Below, piece after piece: positions 38,352-47,491 of a DNA stretch of 64,000 nt. A model generated the notes under the pieces. That model was not told the origin of the DNA. It worked only from the letters and a program-made list of their open reading frames with translations, and did not search any database. The stretch is taken from contig JACPEK010000004.1 in NCBI GenBank assembly GCA_016183535.1, forward strand, positions 141,807 to 205,806, read 5' to 3'. Every line of letters begins with the position of its first letter. Within the stretch, counting starts at the first letter, position 1. The position numbers and the translations under genes are program-made. This stretch comes from Candidatus Brennerbacteria bacterium. Lineage in GTDB: Bacteria > Patescibacteriota > Minisyncoccia > UBA6257 > GWB1-50-10.

Positions 38352-39502
38352 AGGTCGCTATATCGGTGGGGGGGAGATTCCACCTTTTCAATCTTGCTCA
38401 GCAGTTGTTGAAACGCGGATTGCTATCGCAACTCATAACTTCCTACCCAAAATTCGAAGTGATGAAATATGAGATTCCCCGCGAGAAAATCGACTCCGTG
38501 ATCGTCAAAGAAATTTTTGAGCGCGGATGGAAAAAACTCCCATCATTTCTACAGAATCTATACAATCCGCAATTTTGCATTCATGAGGTGTTTGATAAAA
38601 TAGCGTTCCGCCACCTTGTTCGCGCCGACATCGTAGTCGGAGGCTCCTCAATGTTTCTCCATACACTACAAAAAGCAAAGAACGCGGGTTCGGTAGCGAT
38701 TGTGGAACATGGTAGTTCGCATATTGTTTTCCAAAACAACATCCTAGAAGAGGAATATAGGCGGTTTAACGTGAAAATACGGCCATTCTATCTGCCTCAC
38801 CCAAAAATAATTGAGAAAGAATTGAAAGAATATGAAGAGGCTGATTACATCTCGATTCCCTCGCAATTTGTGAAGCGTACGTTTTTGGAAAAGGGAATTC
38901 CGGAATCAAAACTCATCCAAGTTCCCTACGGCGTGGACCTCTCGCAGTTCCGGCAGGTTCCAAAAACCGATAAAGTGTTTCGCGTTGTTTTCGCCGGCGG
39001 CATCAGTTTGAGGAAAGGAGTTCCCTATCTTCTCCATGCGTTTGAGGAGCTGAATCTTCCAAATTCAGAACTGCTTCTCGTGGGCGGTATCAACGATGAA
39101 ATGGCACCATTTTTAAAAAAACACGAAGGGAAATTCAAATGGGTGGGGCGGGTACCACAGGCAAATCTTTATAAGTACTACTCACAAAGTTCGGTGTTTG
39201 TGCTCCCGTCCATCGAAGAAGGTCTCGCCATGGTACAACTTCAGGCAATGGCATGCGGGCTCCCCGTCATCGCGACCACGAATACCGGCGCGGAGGACGT
39301 TGTGCGCGATGAGAAAGACGGATTCATTATTCCTATACGTAACGTGGAGGTGTTGAAATCGAAGATCCTTTACTTATATGAACATCCGGAGGAACGGGAA
39401 CTGATGGGGCGTTTTGCGAAAGAACATGTCGCTTCAGGGTTCACATGGAGTGACTATGGAGAAAAGATGATAAATGAATATGGAAAGGTGTTGAAGGAGT
39501 AA
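38348..39502 (+). CDS. Glycosyltransferase family 4
   Basis: VPYGVD, RKGVPYLL, FVLPSIEEGLAMVQLQAMACGLPVI. Confidence 0.92.
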   Translation: MKVAISVGGRFHLFNLAQQLLKRGLLSQLITSYPKFEVMKYEIPREKIDSVIVKEIFERGWKKLPSFLQNLYNPQFCIHEVFDKIAFRHLVRADIVVGGSSMFLHTLQKAKNAGSVAIVEHGSSHIVFQNNILEEEYRRFNVKIRPFYLPHPKIIEKELKEYEEADYISIPSQFVKRTFLEKGIPESKLIQVPYGVDLSQFRQVPKTDKVFRVVFAGGISLRKGVPYLLHAFEELNLPNSELLLVGGINDEMAPFLKKHEGKFKWVGRVPQANLYKYYSQSSVFVLPSIEEGLAMVQLQAMACGLPVIATTNTGAEDVVRDEKDGFIIPIRNVEVLKSKILYLYEHPEERELMGRFAKEHVASGFTWSDYGEKMINEYGKVLKE

Positions 39503-39504
39503 AC

Positions 39505-40725
39505 ATGAAGATTCTTCACGTCGCGCCTTCTTATTTTCCCGCTCACCGGCACGGGGGACCCATTGCAAGCGTACATGCGATGAATAAGGCGCTGGTAGCG
39601 GCCGGTGTGGACGTGACGGTCTACACCACGAACATCGACGGGCGCGGCGCGCTGGACGTTCCCCTCGAGAAGGAAACCATCCTTGACGGCGTAAAGATAA
39701 TTTATTTTCCGCTCACGTGGCGCGCATGGGAATATTCGCGGAGCCTACACCGCGCGCTCGAGAAAAATATAGAGAACTTCGATCTGGTGCATCTCACCTC
39801 GGTGTTCCTTTCGGCGTCTACGCTCGGCGCGTACTACGCGAAGAAGTTCGGAGTGCCGTACCTTATCTCGCCCCGCGGGAGCTTGATGAAAGAACCGCTC
39901 GCGATGAAAAGCGCGCTTTTGAAGCGTATCTATCTTGCGTTTATCGAGCGGAGAAACCTTGCCCACGCCGCCGCCATTCATTTCACCGTGAAGGGGGAAG
40001 AGGAAGAATATATTGCGGCGGAACTCCCGCTTCGCAGGTCGTTTGTTATACCAAACAGTTTTGAATTGCCGGAGGAAACGAAAGACGCGGACGGCGAGGC
40101 ATTTCGGAAAAAGCTTGAAGTTTCCTCCGGCGTAAAGATGGTGCTGGCGCTCGGCCGTATCAACTGGAAAAAGGGTTTCGACACGCTGATTCCCGCGTTT
40201 GCGGAAGTGGTGTGTGAGATTCCCCGTGCCGTATTGGTGATCGCGGGGAGTGATGAGGAAGGATACCAAAAGAATGTTCAATTATCAATTATCAATTATC
40301 AATTACCCAACAAGGTTATTTTTACCGGAATGCTCACCGGAGCGGAAAAATGGAGCGCGTTTGCGGGAAGCGACGTATTTGCGCTCCCGTCCTATTCGGA
40401 GAATTTTGGCATGGCGGTGGTAGAGGCGATGGCGATGGGCATTCCGGTCGTAGTGAGTGATAAGGTCGGGATCGCTCCCGAGATTGCGGCCGCGGACGCC
40501 GGCAAAGTGACCGAGAAAGAGCCGCAAACGTTTGCGCGCGCCGTCTTGGAACTTCTCCGAGACGATAAAAAAAGTCGCGCGATGGGCGAACGCGGGCGCG
40601 CGCTCGTTAGAAAACGGTTCGCGCCGGAGAAAGTGGCGCAGGTCTTTATGTCTGCCTATAATGAGCTTGTTCAATCATGGCCTCAAAAATCGACACCGTC
40701 ATCCTTACGAAGGACGAGGAGGTGA
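39505..40725 (+). CDS. Glycosyltransferase family 4 (contains an in-frame heptamer repeat)
   Basis: HGGP, ISPRGSL, LGRINWKKGFD, LPSYSENFGMAVVEAMA. Confidence 0.92.
   Translation: MKILHVAPSYFPAHRHGGPIASVHAMNKALVAAGVDVTVYTTNIDGRGALDVPLEKETILDGVKIIYFPLTWRAWEYSRSLHRALEKNIENFDLVHLTSVFLSASTLGAYYAKKFGVPYLISPRGSLMKEPLAMKSALLKRIYLAFIERRNLAHAAAIHFTVKGEEEEYIAAELPLRRSFVIPNSFELPEETKDADGEAFRKKLEVSSGVKMVLALGRINWKKGFDTLIPAFAEVVCEIPRAVLVIAGSDEEGYQKNVQLSIINYQLPNKVIFTGMLTGAEKWSAFAGSDVFALPSYSENFGMAVVEAMAMGIPVVVSDKVGIAPEIAAADAGKVTEKEPQTFARAVLELLRDDKKSRAMGERGRALVRKRFAPEKVAQVFMSAYNELVQSWPQKSTPSSLRRTRR
40278..40305 (+). repeat. (TCAATTA)x4 tandem repeat inside a GT4 gene
   Basis: tcaattatcaattatcaattatcaatta, read as QLSIINYQL. 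Confidence 0.85.
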
Positions 40726-41468
40726 ACCTCCCCCACGCGCTCGAGAGCGTAAAGCCGCTCGACGCGAAGGTATGGGTGGTGGATTCTGGCTCAACAGATA
40801 ACACGGAAAAAATAACGAGATTACACGGAGCCGAATTCGTTTCCCACACCGATTATCAAAACCAGGCCCAGCAGTTCAACTGGGCGTTGGATCACCTTCC
40901 CCTCAAAGGGGAGTGGGTCTTGCGGTTGGATGCGGACGAATGGCTCACACCGGAACTCGCGAAGGAAATAATGCAGAAAATCACCTCAATTCAAAGCGGG
41001 GTGAATGGATTCTATATGAAACGCCGCATGTATTTTATGGGACGGTGGATATGTCATGGGGGATATTATCCGACATGGATACTGCGTCTCTTTCGCCGCG
41101 GGAAGGGACGTTCAGAGGAAAGGGAAATGGACGAACATGTCGTACTTTCGGAAGGGTGTGCAGAGCGTTTGAAAAACGATTTCGCGGACGAGAACAGGAA
41201 ATCGCTTCCCGAGTGGCTTGCGAAACATCGGGATTACGCGGTACGGGAAGCACGGGCCGCGCTCCGCGGGCACATTTCGGATACGCGGAAGCTCAAGAAA
41301 TCTTTCTACTATTTCCTGCCGCCCTTTGTCCGTCCTGTTCTTTTTTTCATCTATCGCTATTTCTTCCGTCTCGGTTTTTTGGACGGCATCGCGGGCCTCA
41401 AGTTCCATTTTCTCCAGGGGCTGTGGTACCGTTGGCTTGTCGATAGGGAGATCGTGAAGCGGCGATAA
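40677..41468 (+). CDS. Glycosyltransferase family 2
   Basis: ILTKDEE, VVDSGSTD, WVLRLDADE, LRLFRRG, GFLDG. Confidence 0.92.
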   Translation: MASKIDTVILTKDEEVNLPHALESVKPLDAKVWVVDSGSTDNTEKITRLHGAEFVSHTDYQNQAQQFNWALDHLPLKGEWVLRLDADEWLTPELAKEIMQKITSIQSGVNGFYMKRRMYFMGRWICHGGYYPTWILRLFRRGKGRSEEREMDEHVVLSEGCAERLKNDFADENRKSLPEWLAKHRDYAVREARAALRGHISDTRKLKKSFYYFLPPFVRPVLFFIYRYFFRLGFLDGIAGLKFHFLQGLWYRWLVDREIVKRR

Positions 41469-41470
41469 GT

Positions 41471-42442
41471 ATGAACAACTCTATTAGTGCCGTTGTTACG
41501 GTTTATAACAAACAGGAGACCATTGCTAAAACATTGGAATCTTTGTTATCCCAACCCGCGGAGCTCAAGGAAGTAATTGTCATAGATGATGGAAGTACCG
41601 ATAGTTCGGCTGAGATAGTAAAGAAATTCGCGGAGAGGTATAACAATATAAAATATATTTTCCAAAACAATCAGGGGGTGGCTCGATCGTTGAACGCGGG
41701 GTTAAGAATAGTCAACACTGATTTTGTCGCCGTGCTCGATGGAGATGTCACGCTGAGCGAAGATTGGTTCCCCGCATTAATGTCGTATTTTGGAAACCAA
41801 GAGATCGCGGCGGTTTCCGGTTTGACAAAGACAATGAACCCAAAAAATCTTTGGGCCGCATTAGCCGGTTATAACGTGGAATATCGGCAATCAAGAATAA
41901 AGGGCGAGTTCGTTGATCACCTGAGCACCACCAACGTTATCTATAGAAAATCCGTTTTGGATACCGTCGGCTTGTTTGATCCAGAGTTCAGGTATGGCCA
42001 GGATAACGAAGTGAGTTACGGGATCTTAGCGGCCGGTTACAAATTAATTCTTTCCAAGAAAGCTTTCTGCCTCCATTTTTGGCCGGAAAGCTTTATGGGC
42101 TTTATGAAACAACGGTCTCATGGCGCGTGGGCCAGAGCCATGTTGATCAAGAAATATCCGAAGCGATTGAGCGGAGATAAGATTTCCAGCCTGCGTTATT
42201 TTTTGGAATTACCACTAGGACTGGCCCTCCTCTTATCTTTGATCGCCATTTTGTTTTATCCGTATTTTTCGATTGTGGCGGGACTCGTTGCTATCTTAAT
42301 TTACATTTTTCAATGGAGCGAAATCCTTTTTTTCATTAAAAACAAAAAAACGCTCATTGGGATTTTCGCGCCTGTTTTCATCGCGCTAAAAGCCATGGCG
42401 TGGCAGAGCGGAATTATTAAATTTTACTTGGAGGGGCTATGA
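41471..42442 (+). CDS. Glycosyltransferase family 2 with C-terminal TM helices
   Basis: VYNKQ, VIDDGSTD, LDGD, GLFDP.F.YGQD. Confidence 0.88.
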   Translation: MNNSISAVVTVYNKQETIAKTLESLLSQPAELKEVIVIDDGSTDSSAEIVKKFAERYNNIKYIFQNNQGVARSLNAGLRIVNTDFVAVLDGDVTLSEDWFPALMSYFGNQEIAAVSGLTKTMNPKNLWAALAGYNVEYRQSRIKGEFVDHLSTTNVIYRKSVLDTVGLFDPEFRYGQDNEVSYGILAAGYKLILSKKAFCLHFWPESFMGFMKQRSHGAWARAMLIKKYPKRLSGDKISSLRYFLELPLGLALLLSLIAILFYPYFSIVAGLVAILIYIFQWSEILFFIKNKKTLIGIFAPVFIALKAMAWQSGIIKFYLEGL

Positions 42443-44083
42443 ATAATTCTCCCCTTCGAAGTACTTCGAGAATTCTTTTTTAGCTCTGGCATACCTATCG
42501 CCCCAGCCCTTTGCGCGTTGCAGCTTTTCTTCCAGGTCAAGCATGATTTTTGTGGATGTAATAACGGAATCGATCGAGTCGCCCGGTTCGTTATTTGCGA
42601 TTTTCCGCGCGATAGTTTTGTACATATCCTTGTAGCTTGTGGGCTTTAGCACCTTTTCTTTTCTTATAATTCGCTTGGTGTCTTCGGAGGTATAGTGAGT
42701 AGCATCCAAAATTCTCACGATCTTCCCTGTTACTTTTAATTCAACGACATCTTTGGGGCCGATGCGCGGGCTGCCCTTTTCGCTGAAAGTGGAAGTTAAG
42801 GTGGCGCCGTTTTCCAATTCTATCCATGTCACGATGGTATTATCGCTGAGAAGCTTGAGGTCAAAATCCTTCGGTTTACTGAAGTTATTGAGATACAAGA
42901 AGTGATCGATCTGATGGCAGGCGTTCGCGTAAAAAGTGCTACGGGAAACCGGCCAGTTGTACCAGAAAAATTCCGGCTGCTTTAATTCGTAGACAATAGA
43001 GTTGTAGAAGATCGGTTCCCCATGCCGCACCCCCAGGTCTTTCAGGGCCCACTTGTTGAAGGGGCCATAACGTTTTTGAAAGCCGATAAAGAGACGCGGA
43101 CCCGATTTCTTGAGCGCTGCTTCCAACTCATCCAATTCCTCGTAATCGTTCACTGCCGGCTTCTCCACCAGGGCGTACGCGCCTTGATTCAAGGCGTGAA
43201 TGGCCAAAAGCGCGTGAAAATGATTGTAGGTTGCTATGAAATACGCGTCTGCTTTTTCCCCCTTTCGCGGGATAGGAGAAGAATCCCACTTTTGAATTCT
43301 TTGCTCCAAAAATATTTCAGTAGGGTCAATCTCGTGGACCGTTTGTATATCCACGAAGGGGCGAGTGTAGGGAATGATATTGATCTTGGCGTAGTTGCCG
43401 TAGCCGAACAAAATTCCGGTTTTTTTGCCACCTTCTGCCTTAGGAAGAGAACCTTTTGTTTCCGAGATGGGCTTGGGGTCCAAGGCATCAATCGCTTCTG
43501 CCCCAGCCCAGTGAGCGTTTTTAAGTTCTTTGACTAGGCAGTCTGATATTTTTTTCTGGATTTCGGGAGAAACAGCCACGCCGGAATAAACGCTCCAAGC
43601 GAGAAGGTCTTTCCACCAACCACCCTCCGTTTTTTGGCCGGAGACCGGCAAATGGAGGATTTTATTGGCGTGGGGTTGAGGCAGATCGGAACGATCAATT
43701 TTTAAAATGAGATTCTCAGGCAAAACAATTCTTTCCGCAAGAGCCGGATGCCAAGGCGCCAAAAAGCCGACCAAGTCCCCCACAGAAAAACTGCCATCCT
43801 GGGCGGTTTCAATGATCTCTCCAAAACCGCAAGAAATATATTTTTCATTCCGATAATCCTCGCGGAGCCGCGACCAGGTCTTGTAAAACGTCCCCTCAAG
43901 CCCCATTACGGGAAAGTAGTTCAAGAGCAGGCGCAAACTCTTCGGCCGTATATGGTATACGTTTTCCAGCTTTTCTAAGTTTTTGAAACCCAAAACTTTT
44001 ACCCGATATTCCTTTCGGTTTTTGGGATAATCCACAAAACCATCCCGCCATTTTTTATTGGCTAAAATTCTCATATTCACCAA
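42437..44083 (-). CDS. Gfo/Idh/MocA-family oxidoreductase with N-terminal extension
   Basis: FGYGNYA Rossmann motif, ATYNHFHA, LVEKP, IGFQKRY, CHQIDH. Confidence 0.8.
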   Translation of the reverse strand: MVNMRILANKKWRDGFVDYPKNRKEYRVKVLGFKNLEKLENVYHIRPKSLRLLLNYFPVMGLEGTFYKTWSRLREDYRNEKYISCGFGEIIETAQDGSFSVGDLVGFLAPWHPALAERIVLPENLILKIDRSDLPQPHANKILHLPVSGQKTEGGWWKDLLAWSVYSGVAVSPEIQKKISDCLVKELKNAHWAGAEAIDALDPKPISETKGSLPKAEGGKKTGILFGYGNYAKINIIPYTRPFVDIQTVHEIDPTEIFLEQRIQKWDSSPIPRKGEKADAYFIATYNHFHALLAIHALNQGAYALVEKPAVNDYEELDELEAALKKSGPRLFIGFQKRYGPFNKWALKDLGVRHGEPIFYNSIVYELKQPEFFWYNWPVSRSTFYANACHQIDHFLYLNNFSKPKDFDLKLLSDNTIVTWIELENGATLTSTFSEKGSPRIGPKDVVELKVTGKIVRILDATHYTSEDTKRIIRKEKVLKPTSYKDMYKTIARKIANNEPGDSIDSVITSTKIMLDLEEKLQRAKGWGDRYARAKKEFSKYFEGENYS

Positions 44084-44148
44084 CGAGGTTCGGTTATTTG
44101 GTAATTTTGTTTCAATATATCAAACCCGTCAATATTTAGCAAAACCGA

Positions 44149-46008
44149 TCATCCGAACCAGCGGTCGTACCACAAAGAAAGCGTGATGAGGTTCCACAGT
44201 TTGAAACTTTGGTCCGGTTTTCCACTGCGGTGTATGCGGAACAAGTTACGCGCCTGTTCATAATCCAGCAGGCCCGTATTCTTAAGCTTCGATGCCATCA
44301 CCATATTCTCCATCTGTTTCGAGAGAGGAGATTCAGTCCGGAGCCACTCGGAAATCGGCGTGCCGAAACCCCGCTTCTTCCGCGCGATTGTCTCGCGGGG
44401 GATAATGCCCTCCACCGCCTTTTTGAGGACGTATTTAGTCGTTCCACCTTTCAGTTTGATATCTTGGGGCGTATTGAATGCGAGCTCCACGAGGCGCGTA
44501 TCAAGGAACGGGACGCGTCCTTCTACGGAATGTGCCATGGTCATCCGCTCCGCGCGTGCGAGAAGAAATTCCGGCAGGCGATGCTTCAGCTCTACATAGG
44601 TCATTTGCTTCAAGAGGTCCGCGCGTGCATCCCTATTTTCTAATTCGCGGTACCAACTCTCCACGATATCGGAGCTTTTTCCGCGGTCTCCAAATGCGGT
44701 CGCGAGCCCCCAAAACGGCCTCCCGCCTGCGATCATACGTCGCGCAAACTCCTTTCGGGGGCCTTCAGCAAGGAATGCGAGACCGAGGTTTGCTATGCCG
44801 CGTACGTGCTTTAGCCAGCCCCACCGCTCCTGTGCGCGGAGCGCCCTGAGGTAGACTTCATATCCCGCAAAGAGTTCATCGGAGCCCTCGCCGATCTGTA
44901 CCACGGTGACGCCCGAGTCGCGCGTGAATTTCGAGAGCCAGAATATGGGGAACGAGGCGGGGTCGCCGTTCGGATCGTCAAAATGATGCGCGTAACGCTC
45001 CAGGAAATCGGCAAAGTGCGATTCACCGAGAAGAAGTTCGTGCGGTACTATACCGAGCGATTTGGCGGTCTCACGCGAATGTGCAAACTCGTTCATTGTG
45101 GGGAAATCCCGGTATCCCACGGAGAACGTTTCCACAGGGTGGCCGAGTGCTTCACTCATCAACTTTGCGTTCGTGGACGAATCAATGCCGCCGGAGAGGA
45201 AGCAACCGAAGGGAACGTCGGAGACCATCTGGCGGCGGATGGAGTCGCGGAGAAAGAAGCGGACTTCTTCGATGTATTCTGCTTCTGTCGAAGGCCCGCC
45301 CGCATCCCTACGCGAAGCGTTGCGGGCGGGATTCCAATACTCAATTTCGTTCACGGCGCCGTCTTTTGTGATCGTGAGCGAATGTCCCGCGGTGAGTTTT
45401 CGGATGCCGCGGAAAAGCGTGCGCGGAGCGGGAGTCGAGGAAAAGGTAAGATAGTGGGAAAGCGTTTCTTCGTCGAGCTCGCGCGGTACGTCGGGGTGGG
45501 CGAGAATTGCTTTGATTTCGGAGCCGAAATAGAAACTGCCGTTCTGGAGCGCGTAGTAAAACGGCTTGATGCCCATGTGATCGCGCACGGCGAATAGCAG
45601 TTCCCTTTTTTTATCCCAAATTACGAACGCAAACATGCCATTCAGGCGTTTTACGAAATCGGGACCCCAGGCGAGATAGGCGTTCAAGATCACTTCAGTA
45701 TCGCCTTTCGATTTGAACGAGTAACCAAGCGTCTTGAGCTCTTCCCGCAAGTCTTGGAAGTTGTAAATCTCGCCGTTGTAGGTGATCCACGCGCGCCCCG
45801 AGGCGTCCGTCATCGGCATGTGGCCGGCGGGCGAAAGGTCGATGATCTTCAAGCGGCGCGTGCCGAGTCCCACCTTGCGATCGGGAGAGAGATAAATCCC
45901 CGCGTCGTCGGGGCCGCGATGGACGAGCGTGTCGCGCATCGCGACGAGCGTCCGCTCGTCGGCAGTCTTGGAATTTTTATAGTGATAGACGCCGGCGATG
46001 CCGCACAT
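44149..46008 (-). CDS. asnB: Asparagine synthase (glutamine-hydrolysing)-like amidotransferase, probably acting on the glycan
   Basis: MCGIAG, HRGPD, YNGEIYN, FLSGGIDSS, GEGSDELFAGY, EGRVPFLD. Confidence 0.93.
   Translation of the reverse strand: MCGIAGVYHYKNSKTADERTLVAMRDTLVHRGPDDAGIYLSPDRKVGLGTRRLKIIDLSPAGHMPMTDASGRAWITYNGEIYNFQDLREELKTLGYSFKSKGDTEVILNAYLAWGPDFVKRLNGMFAFVIWDKKRELLFAVRDHMGIKPFYYALQNGSFYFGSEIKAILAHPDVPRELDEETLSHYLTFSSTPAPRTLFRGIRKLTAGHSLTITKDGAVNEIEYWNPARNASRRDAGGPSTEAEYIEEVRFFLRDSIRRQMVSDVPFGCFLSGGIDSSTNAKLMSEALGHPVETFSVGYRDFPTMNEFAHSRETAKSLGIVPHELLLGESHFADFLERYAHHFDDPNGDPASFPIFWLSKFTRDSGVTVVQIGEGSDELFAGYEVYLRALRAQERWGWLKHVRGIANLGLAFLAEGPRKEFARRMIAGGRPFWGLATAFGDRGKSSDIVESWYRELENRDARADLLKQMTYVELKHRLPEFLLARAERMTMAHSVEGRVPFLDTRLVELAFNTPQDIKLKGGTTKYVLKKAVEGIIPRETIARKKRGFGTPISEWLRTESPLSKQMENMVMASKLKNTGLLDYEQARNLFRIHRSGKPDQSFKLWNLITLSLWYDRWFG
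45295..45330. repeat. 36-bp palindromic element in-frame in asnB
   Basis: CCCGCCCGCA-N16-TGCGGGCGGG; encodes PARNASRRDAGG. Confidence 0.8.
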
Positions 46009-46012
46009 GGAT

Positions 46013-47488
46013 TTATATCGCTGACGCTTCGCGCTTTCTCACAATGGACAAAAGTTCCTCGAGGAGCGTTTCTTGAAACAGGTGGAGTGCGATGAAGTAG
46101 ATGAGTGCGCCGGCGGCGATCGTGAAAAGTACGGGGATCCCCAGAAGGTTAAGCCCGAACGTTGCGACGCCCATCATGAGCGCGGCCATCGTGATTCGTG
46201 AGAGGTGCGCTATTACCTTAAACTCAAGGATGCGGCGGGAACGCCACCACATGAATGTGTTGTAGGAAAATTGTGTAACGATGGTTGCCACCGCGGCTCC
46301 CACGATGCCGTAGAGGGGGATAAGGAGCGTGTTCAGCGCGACGTTTATTAAGGACACGCCGAGTACCGCGGGGGCGAGTTTCTTATGCTCATTGTGCGCG
46401 AACACTAAATTTCCGAAGAATGTTCCGGGAAATATGAAGAGTGTGGTGACGAGGAGCGCTTGAAAGACAATCGTGGAAGGCGTGTAGCCGTCTCCGTAGA
46501 GGAGCGCGATGATGGGAGACGCGAGCACCACCCCTCCCACCACAATCGGCATTGCGAGGAGAAAGAGGATGCCGAGCGAGCGTTCGACGAGGATTTTTTC
46601 CTTCTCTTCCTCGCGTTGTCCGATGAGCCGCGAGAGCGCGGGGAAAATACTCGAGGCGATGATGGCCGGAACGGTATAGAGCACCTGAACGATTTTTTGC
46701 GCGGCGGAATAGAACCCCACCTCCGAAGCGGTGCGCCACCACCCCAGCATAATAAGGTCGACGTTCAAGGAAAGCGCGCCGAAGAGCGCGATGAGGGCAA
46801 TAGGAACGGCGGCGCGTAGCACGGGTCGTACGAGTTCGGGGGAGAAAGAACGAACTATTGAGGCAAACTCACGCCGCAGGATGAACATTCCCGCGAGCGC
46901 GCCTACGGCGGCGCTCACCACGTAAGAAGCGGTGAGCGCGCCGGCGGTCGTGTAATACGAAAGGATGACGAATCCCGCCGCGGTGATTGCAACATTAGTG
47001 ACGGCGGTCACGAGCGCCTCGAGCTCCATTTTTTCTTTGGCGCGGAAAAACGCGTTTGAGAATTCGCGGAGCCCGTCGGCGATCGCAAGGATGGCGACGA
47101 AGGGGATCAGCGGCACCGCGGCGTCTATTTTTGAGAAGTGCGGGGCGAGAAAAATGACGGCGAGCGCGGTCAAGATCAGCAACACTATTTTCATCCAGAA
47201 GATAGTGGCGAAGTAGCGGGTTCCCTCTTCGGGTCTCTTCGCGATTTCTCTCGTAAGAATAGAAGTGATTCCCACGTCGGCGAAGATGGTGAAGAATCCG
47301 GCGAGTCCCAGGACGTAGGAAAAAACGCCGTACTCGGACGCGCCGAGCACGCGCGCGGCGTAGATAATGATGGAAGCGCGAATAAGCCGTCCGCCCATCT
47401 GGCTCACCGAGAGCCATATCGTGTTTTTCACGACTGTCTGACGCACGCTCCGATTTTGGAAAAGCAACTCTCTCAATTTCTGCACCAT
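46013..47488 (-). CDS. wzx: Wzx flippase (polysaccharide export)
   Basis: VKNTIWL, ARVLGASEYG, D.G...ILTREIA, DLIMLG...VGFYSAA, LIP.YGIVGAAVAT; about 12-14 TM helices. Confidence 0.9.
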   Translation of the reverse strand: MVQKLRELLFQNRSVRQTVVKNTIWLSVSQMGGRLIRASIIIYAARVLGASEYGVFSYVLGLAGFFTIFADVGITSILTREIAKRPEEGTRYFATIFWMKIVLLILTALAVIFLAPHFSKIDAAVPLIPFVAILAIADGLREFSNAFFRAKEKMELEALVTAVTNVAITAAGFVILSYYTTAGALTASYVVSAAVGALAGMFILRREFASIVRSFSPELVRPVLRAAVPIALIALFGALSLNVDLIMLGWWRTASEVGFYSAAQKIVQVLYTVPAIIASSIFPALSRLIGQREEEKEKILVERSLGILFLLAMPIVVGGVVLASPIIALLYGDGYTPSTIVFQALLVTTLFIFPGTFFGNLVFAHNEHKKLAPAVLGVSLINVALNTLLIPLYGIVGAAVATIVTQFSYNTFMWWRSRRILEFKVIAHLSRITMAALMMGVATFGLNLLGIPVLFTIAAGALIYFIALHLFQETLLEELLSIVRKREASAI

Positions 47489-47491
47489 GCG

